A program made the position numbers and the translations under genes. The notes under the pieces were generated by a model. It made no database searches and was not told where the DNA came from. It worked only from the letters and a program-made list of their open reading frames with translations. A stretch of DNA of 64,000 nucleotides, taken from the NCBI RefSeq assembly GCF_018350175.1, contig NC_058369.1, positions 12,896,001 through 12,960,000 on the forward strand, given 5' to 3'. Source of the DNA: Felis catus. Taxonomy: Eukaryota. Of the stretch, positions 40,401-54,886 are shown piece after piece. Positions within the stretch are counted from its first letter, which is position 1; each line of letters starts with the position of its first letter.

Positions 40401-43400
40401 ATTATTACACTGGGCTCCGCACATCTTCCCTCCTGCTAAGAACCCGGCCGCCAGCCAGCCGGGCGAGGTGGAGAAGCCCCACCGAGTGAAGGAGTAGACC
40501 AAGCCCAGCGCCGCACCAACGTCCCCCCCCCAAAGTGTACCTTGAAGGCCTCCCGGCGCTGGTACTCAAGCTTGGCCATCTCCTCGGCCACCCAGCCTGG
40601 GATGTCGGGGATGGCCACGTGGATGAGGTACTTGAGGAGCAGAGCGAAGTGCTGAGACAACAGACGAGGATGAGGCTGCAGGCTCGGACGCCCTGCGCGA
40701 CCCCCCCCCCCAGCTCCTCCCCCCGCCCCGCCCCCCTCCCCGGCCACCAGCCCCACCTCGAGCACCACCACAGACACGATGGCCGCTTCGGGGCTGAGCC
40801 AGGGGAAGAGGCGCTGCAGCTGCCCGCACTGGCCGATCAGGTAGCAGTTGACCACGATTGCCAGGACACCCATGGCCTCCATCACCTTCTGCAGGGGAAC
40901 ACGCGGGGTGGGGGTGGGGGGGCTCCGGTGGGGTCCAGCCGCCCTTTCCCGGGGCCTCCTGCCCCTCCCCAGCGCACCCGGACTCCCTCGGGGCCTCGGC
41001 TCAGAGTCCTTGGCCGCCCCCACACCTGCCACTGGCCGATGCTCTCAACCCGTTGCCCGAAGGGCCGCTGCAGCCCCGTGCACAGCTTGAGGGCGTCGCT
41101 TCGGATCTCGATGAGGTTGTTGACCAGGGCGCACAGAGCGGCCAGGGGGAAGGCAGACGAGAAGAGTACCACATAGCCGAACTGCACGAACATCTCCTGG
41201 TAGTCCTGGAACGTGTCCTGCAGGGGGCGGGGCGGTGCCTGGGTGTGGCCTTCGGCCCTCCCTCAGACCAGAATGCCTCCTCCCTTAGACTACCTTCCTC
41301 TCTCTCAAGACTTGCCTTCCTCCGATGATCCTGAATGGACCCAGAGCTCCCCCTCCAGGAAGTTCCTGACCACATCCAGGGCCCCATTTTATCGCACCCT
41401 TCCCACCTCCCCCCTCAGACCCCAGGCCCTGCCCCTGGGAGGGCCTCACCTGGGCCCTCAGACCCCTCCTCACCTCGTACTTCTTCATACAGCTCTCAAG
41501 CTCAGCCTGGGTAAGCTGGGGTGAGTGCTCCTCCTCGGGTGGGTCAATCCAGGATGACCGATTCTGTCGCCGCTGCCTCCGGGCTGAGTCGCCCGAACCT
41601 GGCTCCGGGTCTGGGCCCCCGTCTGGCCCCTGGTCACGGCCCTCGCCCCCAGCCCGGCGGAGCAGGACGGCCGGAGGCTCCCGCTCGGGACTGCCGGGAG
41701 CCCCTTCGGCCTCATCGTCTTCTTCAGCCAGTGTGAATACTCCCGGCTCCAGCCCCTTCTCCACCATAGTGGGGCTCCCCTCCTCCAGGAGGGCCTCTGG
41801 GCCAGGTCGCCGCCGCCCAGCCCCTCGTTCAGCAAAGCTGACCTTCTTCAGCCGGAGCCCACAGTCCAGGAGGCCGCTCTCCTCACCCTCCTCCTCCTCA
41901 TCTTCCTCCTCCTCCTCCTCCTCCTCATCCTCCTCCTCCTCCTCTTCTTCCTCCTTGCCTCCCCGGGGCCCATCCCCCATCTCCCCACCTTCCCCCGCAG
42001 GCCGCCGCTCCACGGTAGCCTCCTCCTCCTCCTCAGGTGCCCCACAGCCCCCACTGAGACACCTGCGGCCCCCGCTGCCGCCTCCGCCACCCTCTTCGGC
42101 CTGGGGTTCAAGGCGGCGGGGTGCAGGGCGCTGGAGGCTCAGCAGGCCAAGCAGGGCACGGGCCAGCTCCCAGGCAGCCTGCAGGCCAAGCTCGCCACGG
42201 CCCAGCCGCCGGTACAGGTGCGGCTGCAGGACCTCACGCACGTTCTGGAGGAACTGGCGGGTGATCAGCAGAGTGGCCAGCATCTGGGGGCAGGAAGGGG
42301 GTGGAGAGAGGCCACGTGGGGGGCGGGCGAGGCCCCGGGCACCGGGACAGGCTGCTGGGACTGGGCACCCGCCTTCCAGGAGCAAGCTTCCAGACACATG
42401 CCCTGAACCCAATTGCTAAAGCCACCCCTCTGGATGTCCCGGGACATGGAGACCCCAGCACTCAGCCTCTACCACCACTCATCTGCCACAGACCATAGCC
42501 TGGCAGGCCAGGGCTCCTAGCCAACCTCCTGGGGTTGTAATGCATGTCTCATCCTGCCGTGGCTCAAGGTCCCCTGCTTGCAGCACTGCCCAGGAGCTCA
42601 GCTGGTGCCCGGGGTCTCAAGAGGCCCCTGCCATCTGCACCCCATCAGCAGAGCCCCAGCCCCTGGGAACATGCACCCTTGGCTCAGCGTGAGGCCCCAA
42701 GCATAGCCACACTGCCCACCCCGGCGAGACCCTGTGGGCTCGCCACCTGCCCATACTTTGGCCCGGGCCACNNNNNNNNNNNNNNNNNNNNNNNNNNNNN
42801 NNNNNNNNNNNNNNNNNNNNNNNNNNNNNNNNNNNNNNNNNNNNNNNNNNNNNNNNNNNNNNNNNNNNNNNNNNNNNNNNNNNNNNNNNNNNNNNNNNNN
42901 NNNCGGACAGGTGGACGGACAGATGGGGGGTGGGTGACAGGCAGAGAGAGGACACACGGACGGACGGACGGACAGAGAGAGAAGGATGGAGGAGGGGGGG
43001 GAGGGGCTGGAAAGCCCGTGGACCCCTTGGCCAAGTCCGGCCCCCCACTGGCCGCCATTGTGGGGGGCACTGCCGTGGGCTGGGGTCTCACCTCTTTCAA
43101 GCGCTCCATGTCCTTGAGGTAGAAGCCAATGTAGAAGAGGCTCAGGTATGAGTTGACAAACTGGAACTGTGGGAAGCAGACAGGCAAGCAAATTTGACCC
43201 CAGGAGCGCCCCCTGTGCCCCATGTAGGCCACCCCCACTGGCCGCCTGCTGGCCGCCACTCACCAGGACGACTTTGATGATGAGGTGCTTCTCATAGGCG
43301 CTCTCCAGCCGGTAATTCTCTGGGGGCCGAGGGGGTGAGTGAGGAGGTGGCCCAGGCCCCCTGAGAGCAGCGGGGAGCCTGAAGGCCAGTGAGGACCTTC

Positions 43401-46400
43401 CTCCCCAGGGCAGCGGGACCTCCCCTTGCAGGGCGTACCCATGTCGTTGAGCCAGATGGCGAGCTTCTTGTAGCCCTCTGCGCTCACGCTGACCAGCAGG
43501 GCCAGCACGACCTTGGGCAGGAAGCGGGCAAGACGAGGCAGCCCTTTCACGCTCAGCACCAGCTCCTGCAGGGGCGGAGGTTGTACAGGTCACCCCGGCG
43601 TCTGGGCTCGGCTTGGGGGGTGGACCCGGGCAGGTGGCTGTCTGGTCAGGGCCAAGGCCGGGGCTGGGGTGGGGGGGTGGGGGGGGGAGGCCAGAGGTCA
43701 CCTGCAGCTGGAAGCAGCCGAGCATGAGCAGGAACACACAGGCCAGGCAGGTGAGGCACAAGGGGAGACTCACGAGCAGCTGGAAAAGCAGCCGCTTCCA
43801 GGGTGGGTAGTAGAACTCCTCAGCCCGCGTCACAGGGCTGATGCGCCGGATACCCTGGCAGAGGGTGGGGGTGGGGCTCAGCGTGAGGCCAGAGGTGCAC
43901 CCTGCCCCACACACCCTTCCCAGTGCTCTGAACTCCATTTCCATCCACCATGCCTTTACCTCTGTGGTGACGCTCCCCCCCCCCGACCCAGCACACCTTT
44001 CCCAGGCCCTTAAATGCATTTTCCCACCCCTCCCCTTCCGAGCATGCAGATCCCCCGACATGGCACACCCTTTCTGATGCCGTAGCCCCATTTCACATCT
44101 TGTCTTTGTCCCTGCAGTGGCCCCCCACCTCCACCTCTCATTCTTCGGAGTCCTTGGACCCAGACACCCACGACTGACCCTGAACTGGGGCCGTGGCTCC
44201 TCCACTGCTTCCCCAGGTGAGTCCAGCGTCCCCCATTTGTAGGCCAGCTCCGCCCCCCTCCGTTTCCACTCCTCCAAGAACAGGGTTGACCAGACCACGT
44301 TGAAGAGGGCAAAAACCACACACGATACATCCCGGCTTGTCTGGGGATGGCGGAGGGCCGAGCTGTTGGCCAGGTTGGCCCAGGAAGGAGGGTGTCTCAG
44401 GTACCCCAGCCCCTGCCCAGCCCACTCCCAGCACCTGATCAGCCTCCGTAAACGTGTACAGGACAGAGCCAAAGACGGCTGGGTATACCATCGCTGATGT
44501 GTAGAAACCCAGCCAGGCAAAGTACATGGCAATCTTTACTCCGAAGTAGTCACAGATGTCATCTGCCAGGGGCACACAGCGGGGGTGGGGTGGGGGGTGT
44601 TCTGGTCAGCCCTGCCTGCTCCGGAGACTCCCGCACACACACACACACACCCCCCAGCCTGGGGCCACACCTAGAGGCTGGTTTTCACACACAGCTTGCA
44701 CCCACGACTTCATGAGGCGGTTCAGGATGCGCTGCTCATGGACCGGGAACACCTGCTGGATGATCCCGCGGGCTGCCAGCTCAGGGACTGTTGGGGGACA
44801 AGAATGCGTGAGCCCCGCCCTTCTGCCTCTGCCTGACCTGGCCAGCCCCCTTGGCCAAAACCCATGTCCCAGCTTTTCCCTGCTTTTAAGTCTGCAGGGG
44901 CCCTTCCCAGGAGAGAAGTTCTGAGTGGACAGATTATCTAGTTCTCCTTCGGAATTTGGAGGTGCAGAGGCAGGCAGGAGAGGATGCAGGAAACCTGGTA
45001 GGGTGGGGCCAGTGTAGAACCCTGTTTTTAAATAAAGCCATTTGGCCTCAGGTCACTGCTCCGAACGTCTGAGGATCGGTGCAAAGTTGGCGTCAGGAGG
45101 TGAACTTGGGGTAGCTGGTCTCTTGGAGAGGAAACTGAGGCCCAGGGCCGCACCACCCAGTGCATGGAGTGCTGTCCATGGTCCTGCCCCTACCTTATGC
45201 TAGACCCAGAAAAAGGTTTCTCAGGGACCAGCCTCCCAGGGAGTAAGCCCCACCTCTTAGTTAAGGCCACACCCCTTCACCTCATTGATTGATGCCTCCA
45301 GGCCCCACCCAACTCTTCACTAGCCTTTGATCACTTGGCTCTAGGCCCCGCCCTCTTACGTTGATAGGCTGTCCTCTAGCAGCCCCACCCAACTCCCCAC
45401 GTGTGATTGGAGGTTGGTCCCGCCCACTCACTGATTGGCTGGTCCTCCAGGAAGCGCACGTTGTGTAGTGCCTCGCCCTGCTTGGCTCGCAGGTTCTGCA
45501 GCCAGAAGCGGATGATGCTCTGGCGTTCCTGCAGGGGACCGGGTTTGAGCACAGGGAGCAGCAGCCCAAGGGCTAGGGATGCACACTGGGAGCCAGAGCT
45601 GGCCGCACCTGGGAGGTGAAGAAGCGCAGCTCACTCTCCACATTCTCGTAGATGAAGTCCTCCTCGCAGGAGAAGCCGCGGGTGCCCCCGCCAAACTCGG
45701 CCTTCACTGCTTTGCGCAGACCCAGCTCGTCGGCTCCTCGAAGCAGGCTGCCAGGGAGACAGGGAGGTGGCATCATGGAGAGTCCCTGGCTCACCTTCCT
45801 GGAGCTAGGGTTGGTATACCTGGCAGTCAGCTGGGACAAATGCAGGGCGCTAGACCTCACAGTTAGTGCTTGGAAGGGTGGGGAGCTGGGGAGCCGGGTC
45901 AGCGAGAGGCTAGGGACAGAGACTCGCCTCTCATACGTGGCGGTGACGAAGAAGGCATAGGCACGCGTGTGGCGGTGGTGGCGGACTTGTACGATGAGCT
46001 CGGGGATGCCCACGCGGATGTGGTTCAGCAGCCATAGCAGCGTGTGGTCATCAGTCGTGTCTGCCAAGGGGCACAGGGACTGATGGCTCTTGTCACAAGG
46101 GGTCTGAGGCTTCTTACACACTCCTACTCAGGGTGGCCCGGCTCAGGGGAGCCCAGGGCAGTGGGCACAAGTACCTGGAAAGGTCATCAGCACATCGCAG
46201 TTCTCCGTGGGCACCGTCTTCATCCACGCCTTGTGGGACACCAGGTAGCGACCAGCCTGCAGGAGCCGCTTCCCAAAAAGCTTGTCTAGGGGGCAGGTGG
46301 GGCAGGGCCCAGGTCAGGCCACTCCCAGACCAGGACCCCAGCCTCTGGTTCAGTCCCTCCAGCCCTGGCCCTTGCTCATACACTCTCCAGGGCTCCTCAG

Positions 46401-47159
46401 CACTCAGCCTGGCATTCAGTGGCCTGCAAGCTCTGGCCTCGGCTTATTTCCTTCCCTCCGTGTCCTTGCACCAGCCAGGCCCTCCTCCAGAAATGCCCTT
46501 CCCCCAGGTCCTCCCTTACAAATCTTACTCATTCTTGAGGCCCAGCTCCGCCTCCAAAACCACGATCGATGGGGCGCTCACTAGCAGCCCTGAGCGCTAC
46601 ACCACATCATGTCAGCGCGTCCTCAGAGCTGGGCGCGGTTCTTATCCCCATTTCACAGGTGAGGAAACTGAGGACCGGGGCGTTTAAGTCACGCACCCAA
46701 GGTCACAAAGGCGAGCTGGGATTCGAACCCAGGACCGTATGATTTTGTATCCTCTGCGGAGTGGCTCTTTCGAGCGCACCCCTGCCGGGCTGCGATCCGG
46801 AAGCTCAAGGGGTGACTGGGCTCGGCCCCAGGCCGGGGCTCTCAGAGGGGCGTGTCCGCGTCTCTGCTCTGGGACCCCCGCCCCCTGCATCTTCCCAGCC
46901 TCTCTAGCCCCGCCGCAGCCGCAGTGCCCGGAGAACCGGCCCCTCGACTGGACTCCAGGCCTGGGACAGCTGACCCCAATCCCCTCCCGGTCCAACCGCC
47001 GTGCGCACCCCAGGCACCTGCAACCCTGTCAGATCCAGCCGCCGCACACATACCCAGAACTCCGGACGCCGGGGCTGCAGGCTCGCCCTCAGGCGGGGGC
47101 CTCTTGCCACGCTCGCCCTCCAGGGACGTGCCCCCGGCGTTGGAGGTGGCTTCGGCCAT
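37411..47159 (-). CDS. ANO8: Anoctamin-8 (TMEM16H). Exons 47159-47054, 46285-46175, 46060-45928, 45747-45609, 45528-45432, 44787-44671, 44562-44435, 44340-44179, 43854-43702, 43565-43439, 43319-43264, 43166-43092, 42283-41474, 41217-41026, 40888-40757, 40651-40541, 39325-38659, last exon from inside the N gap to 37411
   Basis: MAEATSNAGGTSLEGERGKRPP...; anoctamin motifs DDICDYFGVKIAMYFAWLGFY, FLEEWKRR, FQFVNSYLSLFYIGF, DYQEMFVQFGYVVLFSSAFPLAA, NNLIEIRSDA; long acidic loop; C-terminus PAGCWQWDGPWGC...QAVCWPSGWH*. Phases are consistent through exon 17. Confidence 0.95.
37687..37831. other. Assembly gap covering the start of the last ANO8 exon
   Basis: Run of N between GC-rich flanks. Confidence 1.
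39673..39890 (+). mobile_element. Can-SINE in ANO8 intron 16
   Basis: ggctcagttggtgaagcatcc...tgggtctgagcccca...gggattccctgtctcc body with A tail. Confidence 0.8.
42772..42903. other. Assembly gap (N run) in ANO8 intron 12
   Basis: Run of N. Confidence 1.
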
Positions 47160-49145
47160 GGCGAGGGCAGGTCAGGTCAGGGGCTGCGGGCGGCCCGAGC
47201 GCCGGGGGGCCGCGGGCTCATCGGGCCGGTGCAGCCGCGGAGCGCGCCGGAGGTGGAGACAAAGGCCGCGCCCGCCCGCGCCGGCCGCCGTCCCCGCGTG
47301 CCCGAGCGCTGCTTCTCGTCTCCGCCCGCGCGGAACCTCGATTCTCCTTCTCGTCCCCGCGCACGTCGCTCTTGGGTTCTCGACTCCGCCCGTGTTGTTT
47401 TCTGGATTTTGTTCTCGCCCGCCCACTTCGCTCTCTGGTGCTCGTCTCCGCCCGCACCAAAGGTGCATTCTCTTCCTTGTCCCTGCCCGCGTCATATTCT
47501 GGGTCTCGTCCCCGCCCGCCCCGGGCCTGGATTCTCCGCCTCCGAGCCTTAGTTTCCCCATCTCTGCAAGTGCGGGGTTTGGAATCTGAGTTGGGCGTGA
47601 TTTGACTACGGCTGGACGTGGGAGGGGGCGGGCCGGGTCGGGGGAGATTCCAGGTAGCAATAACTTCGCCACAGAAGACGAGTACGTAGTTACAGCAGGT
47701 TCTGCCTCTGAATCTTAGCTTGAGCCGTTCACCTACATGGGGCCCTCGTCGCTCCCTCTCCGTCCAGTTAACCCCTGGACCCCTGACGACGTCACCTCCC
47801 CAGAGAGGACCCGATAGAGTTGCCAAGTTTAGCAAACAAAAGTACAGTCTTTCCAGTTAAATGTGAATGAACTTCTGACAAACGAATAAATACATTTTTA
47901 GTATGTCCCAAATATTACATGGGCCATAGTTACACCAAAACTTTATTGGTTGTTTATCTAAAATTTACATTTAACTGGGCGTCCTGTAATTTGTCTGACA
48001 TCCAGACCGCTGACCATTCTGTGTAGCCTCTTCTGTTAGACGGAGAGCCCAGGGAGGGCAGGGACCCTTTCTGGTTCTTGGCGCACAGGTGGCGCTTGAT
48101 GTACACTTGTGGCAGATGGAACAACGCGGAGACGGCGAGTGTCCGCATTCGTCCCTCTTTTACAAATGAAAAAGTTGAGCGGGTCGAGGCAGGGTTTAGC
48201 CGGTCCGACAGTTTCTTCCCAAAATTGTGAGAGCGCCGCCCGCCCGCTCCGTCCAAGAACCAGAGAATTGGCCGTGCGAAAGCGCCCGCGGAAACCCCGC
48301 CCAGCCAGTGCCTGGAATTCCTCCATCAGCGCTTTATTCCGCGGTCCTGCGCTGTCCTGGGTTAACCTGAAAGTAATCCCTGAGATTCCCCTTTCTGGCT
48401 TTCGGGGAGCCAGGGACACACCGGAGACCGGATTCTCAGCTCTGCAGGAGCAGGCCTGGGCCGGAAAAGCCCAGAGGGCAGAGAGAGCTGTGCTGGGGAT
48501 TCCAGAAAGGCGTCCGGTCGGAGGGAACCTGGGAGCTAGGGTCTGAGGAGGAGTTTGTCAAATGAAGAAGGGTATCCGAGGAGGAGGGAACGGCGGGAGC
48601 GAAAGCTGGGGGAGGGGCGAGAAACTTGGAGAGTTCTGAGAACACATGTAGGAATCTTCCCAGAGATTTGGACTAGACTTTACCAGGGCCAGGGCGTGAG
48701 TTCCCCGGACCCCTTCCGTCTGCGCCCCTGAGATCTCTTGCGTCGCCTAAAGCTTTGGAGTGGCCCGATGGAAAATACGGGACTCGAACCCTCGTCTCGG
48801 TGTAATTCCCACGGCCCTGGGCCATGCGTGGTTCTTCCTCCCACCCTTCATTTCCGGTGTCTCGGATTCTCACTGTTCTAGGATCCTAAAAATTCGGTCT
48901 AAGGTTGCCGGGGGAACGCCATTTCGCGGCACCCCCGCGTGCAGCCCCTCCCCGCCTCTTGCCCTGTCACCAGCCAATAGAAACGAAGATCTTCAGTGAG
49001 TGGGCAGTACGTCTTCTAAGGGGCCCAATGGTGATCGGGAATCGTTGAGCAGTTTACCAGTCACGCCGCGGAGTAGGCGGGGCCTCCTGTCAGGACTAGA
49101 AGTCACCCAGGCTGAGAGGGTAGGCGGATCGCCGGTTGTGAATCC
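46700..49145. promoter_or_regulatory. CpG-rich divergent promoter region between ANO8 (-) and GTPBP3 (+)
   Basis: High CpG density; GC boxes near 47625 and 49077; CCAAT near 48974 and 49026; start codons face away from each other about 2 kb apart. Confidence 0.65.
47816..48005. mobile_element. MER53-like hAT MITE
   Basis: AT-rich island in a CpG-rich region with imperfect inverted arms (ccagttaaatgtgaat ... atttacatttaactgg). Confidence 0.7.
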
Positions 49146-52112
<2,967 letters not shown>

Positions 52113-52709
52113 GGGGACCCCTGGAGCTCTCAGCCAGGCAGAGTGGATGCCCAGAAGCCTTGAAGCATGTGGGAATAGCTTAGGCCAAGTGAGAATCTCC
52201 ATCCCTGGGGGAAGAGCCTGACTCCAGAACAATGAGGCAAAGCCGCTGCCTTCAGAGGTGGTGAGCCCGCTGTGGCTGGCGGTGACCAAGCTACGGCCAG
52301 CCAGATTCCCTTGCAGGGACGTGCCAGGGTTCAAGCCGCTCTGGAGTGGAACCGCGTTGGGTGCCTGATGCTGGAGGAGCAGGGGTGGAAGGCTGGGATG
52401 GAGGTGGGAGGGCCTCAGAGTTCTTTGCTTTGTGGTTTTTAATTTATTTTGCAAATACCAAAGGAATATAAAAAATTCAGGTGATTCAGAAATGCTTAAA
52501 CACGGAAGACTCCGTCCCCCCACATCCCTTGGGGTCACAGCTTAACTTGTGTCCTCCCAAAATTTCTCTGCTCTTTTGCATACTTGTGGATACACCCATA
52601 AAATATACGTTTTGTATTTTGTACAGACAGTATGTGTTTATTGTTTTGGAAGTTGTCATTTCCTTATTTAGTATTAACCTTAAAGCTTAGACTCTTGTAT
52701 TTTAAAGAC

Positions 52710-53155
52710 GCTTTTTAAAAAAAAAATACTCTGGAGAGAGAGCGAGCGAGTGCACATGGATGAGCAGGGGAAGGGCAGAGAGAAAAAGGGAGACAGAGAA
52801 TCCCAAGCAGGCTCCACGCCATCCGCGCAGAGCCCAACACAGGGCTCGAACTTATGAACCAACCAGGAGATCATGACCTGAGCCAAAACCAAGAGCCAGA
52901 CACTCGACTGACCGAGCCAGCCAGGCGCCCCTTAGCCTCTTATATTTTAAACGTATGTATGTATGTATGTTTGTTTAGAGAGAGAGAGAGAGAGTACAAG
53001 TGGAGGAGGCACAGAGAGAGAGGGAGAAAGAATCCCAAGCAGGCTTCACTCTCAGCGCAGAACCTGATGTGGGCTTAATCTCACAACCGTGAGATCATGA
53101 GCTGAGCCACAATCAAGAGTCAATGCTTAACAGACTGAGCCACCCGGGTGCCCCG
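52710..53155 (-). mobile_element. Two tandem Can-SINEs (about 52710-52931 and 52951-53154)
   Basis: Two reverse-complement SINE bodies flanked by CTCTTRYATTTTAA copies. Confidence 0.88.
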
Positions 53156-53818
53156 CCTCTTACATTTTAAGAGACTTGCAAAATCCCGGGTCCCTGTTCC
53201 TTCCAAAAGCTTCATTCCCTTAGTGACTTATCAAGCCCCTGCTATGTGCTAGAATCGTGCACATCATTTCATTGGGTTTTCCTAACAGCACAAGGCGGTG
53301 AGTGTTTTGTTATAGTTTTACGGACGAGGAAACTGAGTCTCAGAGAAGAGTAGCTAGTTGCTGGAGGTCCCCAGCTTTGGGATTTGCACCCAGCTGGTGG
53401 ACTCCCGATCTGAGTGCCCTGCGGGCCTTCTGAGTGCAGGACACTGGGAACACAGAGGGGAACAATTGTTGCAGGCATTGCCCGTGCCCTCGTTAGAGCC
53501 ATCGTTCCTTAACAGTGACGGCTGATGGCCGCTGTGTGAACTTGTGATCACGAGTCCTGCCAGGTCAGGGGCTTGAAGGCAGGCCGCCATACAGAGGTGA
53601 CGTTTGTACTGACAGCTGAATGGTGAGACGGAAGCCAGATGGAGGAGATTGGTGAAAGGGGGCACAGCATGTGCAAAGGTCCTGAGGTAGGAGCGCCATG
53701 GTGCGTTCAAGCCGCAGTCAGGTGGCCGGTATGGCAGAAGCAGTGTGCGAGGGGGAAGGAGGAGGGAGATGGGCGGAGGAGGAGAGGGAGGATCTGACTG
53801 ATAATGAGGCCTTGGAGT

Positions 53819-54008
53819 CTTTTTTTTTTTTTTTAATTTATTAATATTTAGGAGAGTGCAGGCAGAGGAGGGGCAGAAAGGGGGGGGGGAGGGGAGCAGA
53901 GGATCCGAAGCAGACTCTGCACTGACGCAGGGCTCGAACTCATGAACCACGAGATCGTGACCTGAGCCGAAGTCAGATGCTCAACCAACTGAGCCACCCA
54001 CGTGGCCC
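53819..54008 (-). mobile_element. Can-SINE
   Basis: Poly-T tail and reverse-complement body. Confidence 0.85.
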
Positions 54009-54019
54009 TTGAATCAAGT

Positions 54020-54680
54020 TTTTTCATTTTAATTCCAGTGCAGTTAACACACGGCGTTATATTAGNNNNNNNNNNNNNNNNNNNNNNNNNNNNNNNNNNN
54101 NNNNNNNNNNNNNNNNNNNNNNNNNNNNNNNNNNNNNNNNNNNNNNNNNNNNNNNNNNNNNNNNNNNNNNNNNNNNNNNNNNNNNNNNNNNNNNNNNNNN
54201 NNNNNNNNNNTATTAGGTGTGCAACATAGTGATCTGACAATTCTATACATCACTCAGGGCTCACCGCGGTCAGTGTACTCTCGAATCCCCATCCCCTCGT
54301 TTACCCTTCCCCTCCCCTCCCCTCCCCCACTTCCCCTCTGGCAGCCATCGGTTTGTTCTCTCCAGTTAAGAGTCTGTCTCTTACTTTGTCTCTCTGTCTC
54401 TCGTTTTTCCTCTGCCCGTGTGTTTTGTTTCTTAGATTCCACACGCGAGTGAGATCATGTGGTATTTGTCCTCCTCTGAGTTGTTTCACTTAGCATTGTA
54501 ATCTCTAACTCCATCCGTGTTGTCGCAAAAATTTGTGGCCGAATGATATCCCATCATATACGTATAAATACCACTTCTCTTTTTATCCATTCATCTATGG
54601 ATGGACACTTGGGCTGCTTCCGTGATTTGGCTGCTGTAGATAATGCTGCTATAAACATAGGGGCGCAGGTGTCCCTTTGT
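54020..54680 (-). mobile_element. L1 3'-end fragment (contains N gap 54066-54210)
   Basis: Typical L1 3' sequence: ttagattccacac...gagatcatgtggtatttgtc; tttatccattcatctatggatggacacttgggctgcttcc. The antisense ORF2-like PMFIAAL...QPKCPSIDEWIK is visible. Confidence 0.85.
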
Positions 54681-54691
54681 TGTTGTTGTTG

Positions 54692-54886
54692 TTTTTTATT
54701 TATTTTTAATGTGTATTTATTTTTGAGACAGAGACAGAGCATGAATGGGGGAGGGTCAGAGACACAGAATCTGCACAGGCTCCAGGCTCTGAGCTGTCAG
54801 CCCAGAGCCAGATGCGGGGCTCGAACTCACAGACCTGACCTGAGCCGAAGTCGGAAGCTCAACCGACTGAGCCACCCGGGTGCCCC
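54692..54886 (-). mobile_element. Can-SINE with TSD GTGTCCCTTTG
   Basis: SINE body flanked by a direct repeat. Confidence 0.88.

Noticed and set aside
42598-44532. 644-aa minus-strand ORF
   Set aside because: It is a read-through of ANO8 exons, GC-rich introns and an N gap, and is explained by the spliced ANO8 model.
46739-47835. Several 160-290 aa ORFs at the ANO8 5' end
   Set aside because: GC-rich promoter and UTR sequence with no coding signature beyond ANO8 exon 1.
54554-54742. ORF with PMFIAAL...QPKCPSIDEWIK
   Set aside because: A remnant of the L1 ORF2 C-terminus, not a host gene.
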